Source of the DNA: Candidatus Aenigmatarchaeota archaeon
Lineage (GTDB): Archaea > Aenigmatarchaeota > Aenigmatarchaeia > CG10238-14 > SCSR01
Assembly: GCA_038998335.1 (NCBI GenBank)
Contig: JAVZHQ010000004.1
Location: forward strand, 1 to 11,059
Direction of reading: 5' to 3'
Length of the DNA stretch: 11,059 nucleotides
The position numbers were made by a program, and so were the translations under genes. This document shows positions 1 through 8,124 of this stretch, piece by piece; position 1 is the first letter of the stretch, and each line of letters begins with the position of its first letter. Under the pieces are notes generated by a model. The model worked only from the letters and a program-made list of their open reading frames with translations, made no database searches and was not told the origin of the DNA.

Positions 1-696
1 TTTGAGATCCTCAATAGAGTGAATTTTTATTGAAGTTATCATATTTTCAAAGATTTTTCTTGTTTTTTTATCTAGAGGTAGATAGGGATCTAAAACTGTA
101 TCAAACTCCCAATGGTTCTTTTCTGCCCAAAAACCTATCTCTGGATAAGGTTTGCCATCACTAGCAGGTAGATCTTTGTAAGGGAAATTATGTAAGGGTT
201 GAGAAAGGTCACCAATATAATGAGCTATATTGGCTAGATAGTAATCATATTTCCATCCACTTTCTTTTTGCATTTTTTGATAAAGGTCTAAAATCTTCCA
301 ATATAACACACCTGCAGGATCGGGAACTTTAATTTTAATTGGTCTTGATTCAGGTGAATTTAATTTTATATACATCCCCTCAATAATCTGATATTGATCA
401 ATATAATCTGGTGTTACAACCGTATTTGGAGAAGCATTATGCCAATGGAAAGGTCCTAAAAGGCTCTCATTTTCTTTCATAATTAGATCAGGGAAACAAG
501 TAATTTCGGGATTTTTTATACCTGCTTCTTGTGCTATAAATATATGAGTTTTACATGACCAGGAAAAACCTTTTAGATAAAAGATAAGAACTATCAAGAT
601 GGTAGAAATAATTTTGTTAAAACGAACAATATCAACGCTAAAAATTCCACTAATTAATGCTAATTTTGTAAGGTTTTTAAATCTTCTGTAAACCAT
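1..696 (-). CDS. Exported S1/P1 nuclease / zinc-dependent phospholipase C family protein (3' end beyond the window edge; not in ORF track)
   Basis: Manual translation from ATG 696 (SD-like AGGGG upstream) is open for 232 codons to position 1: MVYRRFK...ILIVLIFYLKGFS|WSCKTH...CFPD...FHWHN...AHYIGDLSQPLH...NHWEFD. W-x4-H after a hydrophobic signal segment, PD, H-x3-D-x2-QPLH and H-x3-D match the tri-zinc ligand pattern of this superfamily. Confidence 0.85.
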   Translation of the reverse strand, partial: MVYRRFKNLTKLALISGIFSVDIVRFNKIISTILIVLIFYLKGFSWSCKTHIFIAQEAGIKNPEITCFPDLIMKENESLLGPFHWHNASPNTVVTPDYIDQYQIIEGMYIKLNSPESRPIKIKVPDPAGVLYWKILDLYQKMQKESGWKYDYYLANIAHYIGDLSQPLHNFPYKDLPASDGKPYPEIGFWAEKNHWEFDTVLDPYLPLDKKTRKIFENMITSIKIHSIEDLK

Positions 697-914
697 TCTA
701 CCCCTTTATTTTTTTCTGATTGGAGAGCTGGTCCTTTAAAAACCTCTCCGCAGAAGGCTTCCCATTAATTCCCCCACCACTACTTTTTCTCAAGGTCCTT
801 TTGGAAATTTAGATTTTCCAGATCTTTTTTTTACCTTTCTTCATACCACCTCCTTATGCATACCTTTTTACTCATTTTTCAGTTTTTAAAATACCTGAAA
901 AATTAAAGTGATAG

Positions 915-1409
915 TTAAAACATTATGTAGTAAATGTTTTCATGATCATCTTTTGCTGCCCCATATCCTCCTACTGAAGCTCCAGAAACAAGTACTCTAA
1001 CAGCTCCTTCAATTTTTCTTCCATCCGAACATACACCATATATTAAAGCACCTTTTTCTTCTACTGATGTTACACTTGACCCACCATAAAGACTTCCATA
1101 AAATCCCCTATAGCTTGAAATTACAATACCTGTAAGATAGGACTCTATTTTTTCAGAAATAGTTTTTATATCAGCTACTACCCAATTTCCCTCACACTTT
1201 GTTTCATTTTCTAAAGTAACTTCAAATTTTCCACTCATAGGAGGTTCCAAAAATCCTATAACATCATAAGCAATTCCTTTAAATCTTACATTTCCTAATT
1301 TTTCTTTAACAGGTCCACTTATAGGATAAATAGAAACTTCTTTAGACATACACCCAAATAAAAATAAAATTGTAAAAACAAAGCCAAAAATTTTTTTTAA
1401 ACGTCTCAT
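915..1409 (-). CDS. Lipoprotein of unknown function
   Basis: Basic N-terminus (MRRLKK), hydrophobic core and lipobox LFG|C at residue 20. Beta-rich, Gly-rich mature part ending in Phe. ATGA overlap with the stop of the 912-aa gene; SD AAGGAGG at ~1423-1429. Confidence 0.85.
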   Translation of the reverse strand: MRRLKKIFGFVFTILFLFGCMSKEVSIYPISGPVKEKLGNVRFKGIAYDVIGFLEPPMSGKFEVTLENETKCEGNWVVADIKTISEKIESYLTGIVISSYRGFYGSLYGGSSVTSVEEKGALIYGVCSDGRKIEGAVRVLVSGASVGGYGAAKDDHENIYYIMF

Positions 1410-4144
1410 AATATTTCCATCACCTCCTTTTCAGCATAAAAGTTAAAAAGAATCTCTCTTTTTTCCTCATCACATGCGGACGTTGGGTCACTAGCGGGGT
1501 GGCTGGCCTGAGGGATCAACTGTTTTCCCTCCGAAGAGCCAAAACGCCCGTTAGCTAATTTTCTTTTTCCCATAGTCTTACATGCTTCAATCACCGTTTT
1601 AACCAATTCCTCAAGAGCAAGTTCTTTAAGTCCCTTTCCGTAAATCTGTTTTGCCTTCGTTTGTAAAGCCCAGTAACAGGTCTTTGGGGCTAATCCCTTT
1701 TCTTGGTAAAATTCGTAAAATTCTTGTTTGAGAACATGAGCAAGGTATTCCTTGATAGGAGAGCCAAACTTTTCTTCCACTTTTTTTAAAGCCGTTTCAG
1801 GGTCAATCTTCGTTTCAGAGTCAATCTTATCTTGAATAGCATAAATTCTTGGGGTAATCGTGTCATTAATCAAGTTGTCGCGTGTAGTCGTTGTATCTGA
1901 AAGAGCACTAATTATTTCCCGAAGTTCCTTAAAAACTTCACTTGAAAGCTTGTATTTAAGGGTTACTTTGTGTTCTTCCAGAAACTTTTCGAAATCTTTA
2001 AGTATGCGGTCTAGCTTTTTTGTCGGTTCTTCTACTTTGGAAAGCCTGACTTTTCTTCGCTTTTTAAGATAACCTTCTTCTTCCCAAGCAAGATAAGATA
2101 AATCTTCGCTTATATCCTCTTTCTTAGCATATACAGGTTCATATGCAGTTCGCCAATATTTCAGTTTGTCTAGATACTCATAGATCTTGCGAAGATCTTC
2201 ATCAAAGCAACCCGATACTAATCGGCTTGCCTTTCTTAGAAACTCGCCTGATCTTCTTTTCTTTTCTTCACGGTCATAATGCCATTTTAAAAACTTGTCT
2301 ACTACCTCTTCTCTCTTTAGCCTTTTGTCAAGTCGGTTAATAAAGAAAGAAGGAACAAATTCTTTGTTATTAAGGAGCTCACGGCGGATGAAAGTTTGAT
2401 ATAGTTCCTCTATTGCCTTTTCAAGAATTTCTCTAGCTTTAGCATATCTTTTTTGTATTTTTGTTCTTCCTTCGCTTATCTCACATTTAGCAAGTTTTCT
2501 AACCAAACTCTTCAATTTAACGATAGCTAGACGATGCTCATTGTTAATGTAGATCTTAAAACAAGCAAAACGGAGAGGTAGTTCGTGCAGGATTAAAGTA
2601 TTGATTTGGTCTATAGGAGATACGAAGGGGTAGTCATCGATTTTAGAAGGTTTGAAAAGTGGTTTTAATTCATTGTAGAGGTAACCAATGAGTTCTGAAT
2701 TTGGGTTAAAACAACTTATTCTCAAAAGACAAAGTGCAAAAACAGCTTTTAGATATTTTCTTAATTCTCTTTTTCGTTCGTCAGAGGCATAGTTTAGAAC
2801 ATCTTTTGTAAGTACTACAGGTGTAGTAAAAAGGTAGATGCGTACCAAAGAAGAAAGAAAAAATGTTAGTCGATCAAGTTGAGGAGTGATTGTAGGTTTG
2901 GTAGCAATAAGAATTAAATCTTCTGCAGACTCTATCTTTTCTTGACGCTCAATTTTTATCTTCTTTAAACTAAACCTTGGATATAGCTCCGTGTTTGCCC
3001 ATGTTGAAAAAACTACACCTCCTACCTCTTCCCTTTCGTTGTAAAACCTTATAATTGACTTTTCAGCCCTAAACTCCAATTTTTTGTCTAACCCTCCCGC
3101 ACACTCTCTGACATCATAAGGATGAGCTCTTTTAAGGCCGTAGGTTTCTCTTATCTCATTTACAAGCTTTTCAAAAAGAAAAACAGCAAGCTCTATAGCC
3201 TCCTCCTTTTCTTCCAAGTAGAGCTCTAAAAGACATGAATCAAATAACAAAGCAAATGTATAAAAAATTCCTGGATCTGACAAAAGCTTTCTAAGTAACT
3301 CCTTTTTTCGCTCTAAGTTGCATCTAAGTACCCATGATAAAACTATTTCATGTTCAGAAAGAGTAGAGAATAACATATTTGGCAAAATTTTTGCCCATCT
3401 TGAACTTCTTCTCTTAATTTTCGCCTTTCTAACCTTCTCCCAAATGCTCCTTACTATTTTCTCTGCCCATTCCCTTTGGCTAGATGCATTTGCTTTTTCT
3501 AAAACCAAGGAAAGCCTAGGATCTAACAAGATTTCTCCTAAAATTTCATCTGAACTAGAAGAACAAAACCGCATCACCCCATCAGCAATAACTACTTTTA
3601 TCTCTTCATCAGCCCTGCCTTGACCCCCACCTGAAATCTTGCTTTTATCTAAACTCTCTCTTACAAAGCCATTCCATTTCCACCACACATACTTACACCA
3701 ATCCCACATAATCCGCATCTCATGGATACTCTTTCCTTGAAAGGTCTTCCCTGTAAACACAAAAAGAAAATCTCTTAAAGTCTTTCTAAACTCTTCAACC
3801 TCAGGAGCATCAACCCAAACCTCAATTAATTGAGCTAGAGAACGACCTAGTAGAGGCCTTCCTCCTTCTTCTTTAATCTTGTAGATCAGCCAAACTGGTA
3901 AAACCTTCTTCTTTCCTTTTTCTCGAGGAACATTATCTAAAGGATCAAACTCATCCCAGGTTTTTTCTGAAACAGGAGCATCAGACTTTTTATCTATCGT
4001 ATCCTCTAAATTAATCTTATCCGAAGGTTTCTCTGACCCCTCAGGCATTTTCTTAGTTGCTACATACTCCATAATTTCTGTAATATCCCCTACACCCAAC
4101 CAGATAGTCTTTCCTGCTAACAATCTAGTAATTACAGAACTCAT
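1406..4144 (-). CDS. Large hypothetical protein (912 aa, mostly helical and charged) with possible C-terminal sigma70-region-4/LuxR-like HTH
   Basis: 2.7-kb uninterrupted ORF with a dedicated promoter upstream. No catalytic motif recognised. Residues ~811-836 (EFYQEKGLAPKTCYWALQTKAKQIYG) resemble the EIAxxLGxSxKTVxxALxRxxxKL pattern. Confidence 0.85.
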   Translation of the reverse strand: MSSVITRLLAGKTIWLGVGDITEIMEYVATKKMPEGSEKPSDKINLEDTIDKKSDAPVSEKTWDEFDPLDNVPREKGKKKVLPVWLIYKIKEEGGRPLLGRSLAQLIEVWVDAPEVEEFRKTLRDFLFVFTGKTFQGKSIHEMRIMWDWCKYVWWKWNGFVRESLDKSKISGGGQGRADEEIKVVIADGVMRFCSSSSDEILGEILLDPRLSLVLEKANASSQREWAEKIVRSIWEKVRKAKIKRRSSRWAKILPNMLFSTLSEHEIVLSWVLRCNLERKKELLRKLLSDPGIFYTFALLFDSCLLELYLEEKEEAIELAVFLFEKLVNEIRETYGLKRAHPYDVRECAGGLDKKLEFRAEKSIIRFYNEREEVGGVVFSTWANTELYPRFSLKKIKIERQEKIESAEDLILIATKPTITPQLDRLTFFLSSLVRIYLFTTPVVLTKDVLNYASDERKRELRKYLKAVFALCLLRISCFNPNSELIGYLYNELKPLFKPSKIDDYPFVSPIDQINTLILHELPLRFACFKIYINNEHRLAIVKLKSLVRKLAKCEISEGRTKIQKRYAKAREILEKAIEELYQTFIRRELLNNKEFVPSFFINRLDKRLKREEVVDKFLKWHYDREEKKRRSGEFLRKASRLVSGCFDEDLRKIYEYLDKLKYWRTAYEPVYAKKEDISEDLSYLAWEEEGYLKKRRKVRLSKVEEPTKKLDRILKDFEKFLEEHKVTLKYKLSSEVFKELREIISALSDTTTTRDNLINDTITPRIYAIQDKIDSETKIDPETALKKVEEKFGSPIKEYLAHVLKQEFYEFYQEKGLAPKTCYWALQTKAKQIYGKGLKELALEELVKTVIEACKTMGKRKLANGRFGSSEGKQLIPQASHPASDPTSACDEEKREILFNFYAEKEVMEIL
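1793..1828. repeat. 18-bp in-frame tandem duplication
   Basis: CGTTTCAGGGTCAATCTT (1793-1810) and CGTTTCAGAGTCAATCTT (1811-1828), 17/18 identical; encodes KIDSET-KIDPET. Confidence 0.9.
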
Positions 4145-4183
4145 ACAACCTTCATAATCACAAGCTCTAAAAATTTTAAAGAA

Positions 4184-4212
4184 AGCTTACCAGTAAAATG
4201 CGGAATTGTCAA
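4184..4212 (-). promoter_or_regulatory. Sigma70-type promoter for the 912-aa operon
   Basis: Minus strand: TTGACA (4212-4207), 17-bp spacer ending in TGn (extended -10), then TAAGCT (4189-4184), ~40 bp upstream of ATG 4144. Confidence 0.75.
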
Positions 4213-4243
4213 GTTTTTCGCTAAAAAAAACAAGGAGGTGCCT

Positions 4244-4468
4244 ATGAACAGGAAAGAGCTAGACAAGTTTTTCACAAAAACTATAATCGTAAGCTATCAT
4301 GGGAGAAATGGCAGGATATCCTTACCTCAGGACTGGCTCTCTTTCTGGGATTATCCTAAAGAATTAGTCGTAAAAATAACTGCTCCTTTCGTAGTTTTCG
4401 GGCCTGCGGAGGCTTGGGAAGTCTTTGATTTTGTGCTTGTTGAGAGAAAGAAAGAAGATGAAACGTAG
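4244..4468 (+). CDS. Small AbrB/MazE/SpoVT-like (swapped-hairpin) DNA-binding protein
   Basis: SD AGGAGG at 4233-4238 favours ATG 4244 over GTG 4238. The sequence GRNGRISLPQDW..FW...ELVV matches the GRIxIP motif of AbrB/MraZ-type domains. Confidence 0.6.
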   Translation: MNRKELDKFFTKTIIVSYHGRNGRISLPQDWLSFWDYPKELVVKITAPFVVFGPAEAWEVFDFVLVERKKEDET

Positions 4469-4556
4469 AGCTAGTGTGGCTTAAGCTGTATTTTTTAGCG
4501 TTTTGGTAAACAATTTTGCTAGCAGGCGTATCCGAAACGTGGAACTGGTGCGAATT

Positions 4557-4672
4557 TGCAGATATCTTAGAACTAGCGATTTTTGAAGGTTTGTGGAGAT
4601 ATTCAAAGATAGCTGTTTTTTGAGGTTTGAAGACATGCTTGAAAGTGGCTGTTTTTTGGAGTGTTGAAGATG
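4557..4672. repeat. Degenerate 36-bp tandem repeats (~3 units)
   Basis: Units anchored at 4576 (GCGATTTTTGAAGGTTTG), 4612 (GCTGTTTTTTGAGGTTTGAAGA) and 4648 (GCTGTTTTTTGGAGTGTTGAAGA), with an exact 36-bp period. Units 1 and 2 share about 23/36 positions. Confidence 0.6.
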
Positions 4673-5287
4673 GTTTTGGGAGGTGGTGTAAGAGTTAAGG
4701 AAGGTTGCGGTTTAGAGGATCTTTTGTGTTTTGATCTTATTATTGCTTTGAAGAATTTTGGTTTTGCAACAGAGAAGTTTAAAAAGGTTCGTGCTATAAG
4801 CATTCCGTTTAAGATGCCTGATGGTGAAATTTGCAGGGTTTATCGGATTGTCTTAGACGGTAAAACCAGATATTGGGTTCCTCCTCAGGGTAAGATTACT
4901 GAGCTTCTTTTTATTCCTGAAAGGACGGCATTTGAACATGTTATCGTTACTCCCAGTGGATTTGATGCTGGAATTTTAAATGTGCTTTTTGCGAACACAA
5001 TAGCTATAGGAGGGATCGGTGAGACATATACACTACTTGCGCTAAGAGCCCATAAGGAAAGGCTAGATCCGCTTTTCAAGGAGAAGTCCATTTATGTATG
5101 GGTTGAGGATGAGGAAAGCGATTTTGCTGAGAAAGTGGCAAAGCTTTTTAACAGAGAAGTTAAGGCCTTCGGCCAAAACTTAGCAAGAGCCTACAAAGAT
5201 GCCTACCGAATTGTCAGTCAAAGAGACCTAGTTACAGCAAGGAGGTTTATTTTGGAGCTAATGGAAAAAGCAAAAACTGTAAGATAG
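4661..5287 (+). CDS. DnaG-like TOPRIM-fold protein with degenerate catalytic motifs
   Basis: Motif order ISIPF..PDG.I....R...RYW.PP...LF...VIVTPSGFDA..L...IAIGG...IYVWVEDE follows the DnaG core, but EG is replaced by PS and DxD by EDE. The real start may be ATG 4670. Confidence 0.6.
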   Translation: MLKMVLGGGVRVKEGCGLEDLLCFDLIIALKNFGFATEKFKKVRAISIPFKMPDGEICRVYRIVLDGKTRYWVPPQGKITELLFIPERTAFEHVIVTPSGFDAGILNVLFANTIAIGGIGETYTLLALRAHKERLDPLFKEKSIYVWVEDEESDFAEKVAKLFNREVKAFGQNLARAYKDAYRIVSQRDLVTARRFILELMEKAKTVR

Positions 5288-5295
5288 GGGGGTTA

Positions 5296-7041
5296 GTGAT
5301 GAGTTTGATTTTAGAACTTTTTGAAAAATTTAATCTTCCTTACACAAGAAAGGGTAAAAGTTTTGTGACTCGTTGTCCTTTCTGTAAGGGAGATACCAAA
5401 TTAAGTGACCATAACGCACAAATTAATCCAGATACTAATACCATGTTTTGCTACACTGAAGAAAAACTTTATCGCTATTCTGATTTTGTGAATTTACTTA
5501 TGCCAGAGAAAGTGGCTCAGGTTAGAGAAGAAGTAGTTAAGAGAACTTCAGAAAATGCAAAGGCTGTTAAATCTCAGGTTATGGCGTTTGAAGAATATTT
5601 AGAAAGGATGAGGTCTCAGGGTTATAAACTTATTGCTGAGCATCGTTTTTATGATCTTGATCTTGATCTTGTGTATATCAAGTATCGGTTTGAAAGGATA
5701 AACGATCTTGGAAAGAAGGAAAAAACATTCATTTATGTCAAGGATGGATTGATTGGGTTACAGGGTCAAAGGCAAATACCTTATCATTTGGAGGAATTCG
5801 TTTTTTATTCAGATGCAAATGAGGTTTGGATTTGCGAAGGTGAGAAATGCGCAGATACAATTATTGAGAAAAGGCCAGATATTGCACGTATAATTGTTAT
5901 AAGCATTAATCAGCCAAGTGAGTTAAAATCCTTGGATTTTCTCCTTTCTGACAAGAAGTTTGTAATCTTTGAAGATAACGATGAGGCTGGCAGAAAGAAA
6001 ACTGAGGAATTAATTGAGATACTTAAGCCGTATGCTGATGAAATCAAGGTTGTTAGATTTGAAGAATTTGAAAAAGGCTATGACGTTGCGGATTTTCTTG
6101 AAACTCATTCTTGGGAGGATCTTTTGGAAAGGGTTCTTTCAGCAGAGTCTATGTATAAGAGCCCTATCCATTACATTTATCACGGAATCCAAAGTTTTGA
6201 AAAGGAGGAAGATTTTTTACTTGAGCCATTTATTCCAAGAAAGAGTATAACTCTTTTTGATGGAATTGGAGGATTGGGGAAATCAATCTTAGCTATGCAA
6301 TTGGCTTTATGCGTTGCAACTGAAGCTTGTTTTCTAGAAACTAGCATATCTCCTCATCCATCCAAAGTCCTCTACATCACCGCTGAAGAGACAGAATGGA
6401 TTTTTAACGAAAGATTGAAAAAAATTTGCAATGCCTTGCAACTAAAAAACAGAGAAGATGATGGAATATTTGCCGAGAGATTAAAAAATTTTGCGTGGTT
6501 TTCTACTCTTTCTAAATCTTTCCCCCTACCAACCCATCGGCTTTTACAACAGACTTACAAAGGAATTGAAAAGACACAGTTTTACACATTCCTTGAAGAC
6601 ATAATTGATAAATATCGCCCTGAACTTGTAGTTCTTGATAGTCTAGCTAACTTTTATGGATTAGAAGAAAATTTAAGTTCTCATGCATCTGCATTTTTTG
6701 AAGTTTTAAAAAACTTCTGCAAAAACTATGATCTCTCCTTTCTTCTTATTCACCATCAGACTAAAGAGGCGATGAAAGAGGAAGGGGCGTTGCAAAAACT
6801 TTTTAGAGGTAGCACAGTTTTTAGAGAACAATCAAGATGTAGGATTTTACTTGAAAAAGGGGAAAATGAAGGTTTAAAACTTTTTATAGAAAAGCTAAAC
6901 TATCCTACAGACAAGCCTCTGAAATACCACATCTCCCTTTTCTCAACAGAAACCGAGCTATGCTTTAAACTTGATAAGGCTGTATTTGCTAGCAAAACGA
7001 AAAGCAAGAAAAGATCAACCTTTCCAAAATACGACGAATAA
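5296..7041 (+). CDS. Primase-helicase: N-terminal zinc-binding domain + TOPRIM primase + RepA/AAA_25 (SF4-like) helicase
   Basis: CPFC...H...CYTE zinc ribbon. TOPRIM motifs VWICEGEKCAD, IFEDNDEAG, YDVADFL. Walker A GIGGLGKS, VLYITAEE, Walker B LVVLDSL, LLIHHQTK and FRGS. Confidence 0.9.
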   Translation: MMSLILELFEKFNLPYTRKGKSFVTRCPFCKGDTKLSDHNAQINPDTNTMFCYTEEKLYRYSDFVNLLMPEKVAQVREEVVKRTSENAKAVKSQVMAFEEYLERMRSQGYKLIAEHRFYDLDLDLVYIKYRFERINDLGKKEKTFIYVKDGLIGLQGQRQIPYHLEEFVFYSDANEVWICEGEKCADTIIEKRPDIARIIVISINQPSELKSLDFLLSDKKFVIFEDNDEAGRKKTEELIEILKPYADEIKVVRFEEFEKGYDVADFLETHSWEDLLERVLSAESMYKSPIHYIYHGIQSFEKEEDFLLEPFIPRKSITLFDGIGGLGKSILAMQLALCVATEACFLETSISPHPSKVLYITAEETEWIFNERLKKICNALQLKNREDDGIFAERLKNFAWFSTLSKSFPLPTHRLLQQTYKGIEKTQFYTFLEDIIDKYRPELVVLDSLANFYGLEENLSSHASAFFEVLKNFCKNYDLSFLLIHHQTKEAMKEEGALQKLFRGSTVFREQSRCRILLEKGENEGLKLFIEKLNYPTDKPLKYHISLFSTETELCFKLDKAVFASKTKSKKRSTFPKYDE

Positions 7042-7065
7042 ACCTGCCTGAAAGGAGAAGGTAAG

Positions 7066-7854
7066 GTGAGAGGTTTTCACGTGTTTAAAAACAAAAAGAG
7101 GATGTACCCTATAACTGTAGATCGTGAAATTTTTCCAAAGTTTAAAAGAATCCAACTTGCAGTGGCTGACTTAAAGATCAAAGGGCTAGAGCAAATCACG
7201 CAAACTCACAGAGACATTTTAGATGCAATTGCCCTTGTTGGAAAAAGAATCCCATATCATGGGGATAAAAAAAGACTTGCTTTCAGGTTCTTTGTTTCTG
7301 ATGCCTTAAGGGAGCTAGGTCATAACGAACTTCATAATCACGCATGGCTTGTTAACAAATTGAAAGAACTGGCTAGAACCACGTTAGAAATTGAAGTCAA
7401 ACTTCCAACCAGAAGAGGAATTATCATTAGCACGATTTTACAAAAAGTAGCTTACTGGGAAGAAAGAAAGGACGAAAATTTAGAGCCTGGGGAATGCCTG
7501 GCTGTTTGTTCAGAAGAATTCACAGTACTTTTGCTTGAAGACTATCTCCTTTATGCTAAACCTGAGGTTATTAGAGCCATCCTCAACCTGGATCACGAAT
7601 TCCTTAAACTTGCAGTAAGATACATTTTGACGCAGGAGAAAGTGTTTAAGAAAGTAGGAACGTTGATAAAAGAAATTTGTCCAGATGCAGATAGAAGATT
7701 GACTTGGAAGTATAAACAACTGCTAGAAACACACGCAGACTTCCTAAATCAACATTTCGGAATTAAGTTAAAACAGACCCCTTCCGACCTTTTGATTGAA
7801 TATAAAAAAGATCCCAAACTTATCGCAATAGACTACAATCTGATCCCTACCTAA
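7066..7854 (+). CDS. Putative plasmid-type replication initiator (winged-helix, TrfA/Rep-like)
   Basis: SD AAAGGAG before GTG. The pattern KGLEQITQTHRDILDAI...FRF....LRELG......WL...L.EL..T.LEI resembles TrfA/Rep3-like WH1. The gene lies directly upstream of an iteron array. Confidence 0.6.
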   Translation: MRGFHVFKNKKRMYPITVDREIFPKFKRIQLAVADLKIKGLEQITQTHRDILDAIALVGKRIPYHGDKKRLAFRFFVSDALRELGHNELHNHAWLVNKLKELARTTLEIEVKLPTRRGIIISTILQKVAYWEERKDENLEPGECLAVCSEEFTVLLLEDYLLYAKPEVIRAILNLDHEFLKLAVRYILTQEKVFKKVGTLIKEICPDADRRLTWKYKQLLETHADFLNQHFGIKLKQTPSDLLIEYKKDPKLIAIDYNLIPT

Positions 7855-8124
7855 ACTCTTCTACCTAACCCCTCTTTCAATCACTAATAACACCTCTACC
7901 CCTCTCACACTCACTAGCATTTTGTCTTTTTAATTACCAGCAATTTATCACGCTTATAAGCAAAAAGACTTAACCCCGATTTTCAGCAATTACAAGCAGT
8001 TTTTAGCCAAAATGGGCGATTATTTGAAAGTTGGGAAGGGAAGATTAGCTGGGCTTTTCACGGGAGAAAAGCTAATTTGGCCGTTAGAAAATGAAAGAAA
8101 ACACAAGAAAATTGACAAAAAATG

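Noticed and set aside
1491-1554. tRNA, tmRNA or SRP RNA fragment marking an att site
   Set aside because: No T-loop GTTCGA, CCA end or SRP conserved loop; kept only as an unexplained hairpin.
1860-3623. Plus-strand ORFs 1860-2072, 2143-2340 and 3318-3623
   Set aside because: Antisense shadows inside the 912-aa gene with no RBS or protein-like features.
1406-4144. Class 2 CRISPR effector (Cas12/Cas13) identity for the 912-aa protein
   Set aside because: No RxxxxH HEPN pair, no convincing RuvC acidic motifs and no adjacent array were found.
5653-5670. (GATCTT)x3 microsatellite in the primase gene
   Set aside because: In-frame hexamer encoding DLDLDL; it cannot cause phase variation.
4603-7719. 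Short ORFs 4603-4803(-), 4885-5091(-), 6014-6250(+) and 7510-7719(-)
   Set aside because: They overlap well-supported replication genes in antisense or alternative frames.
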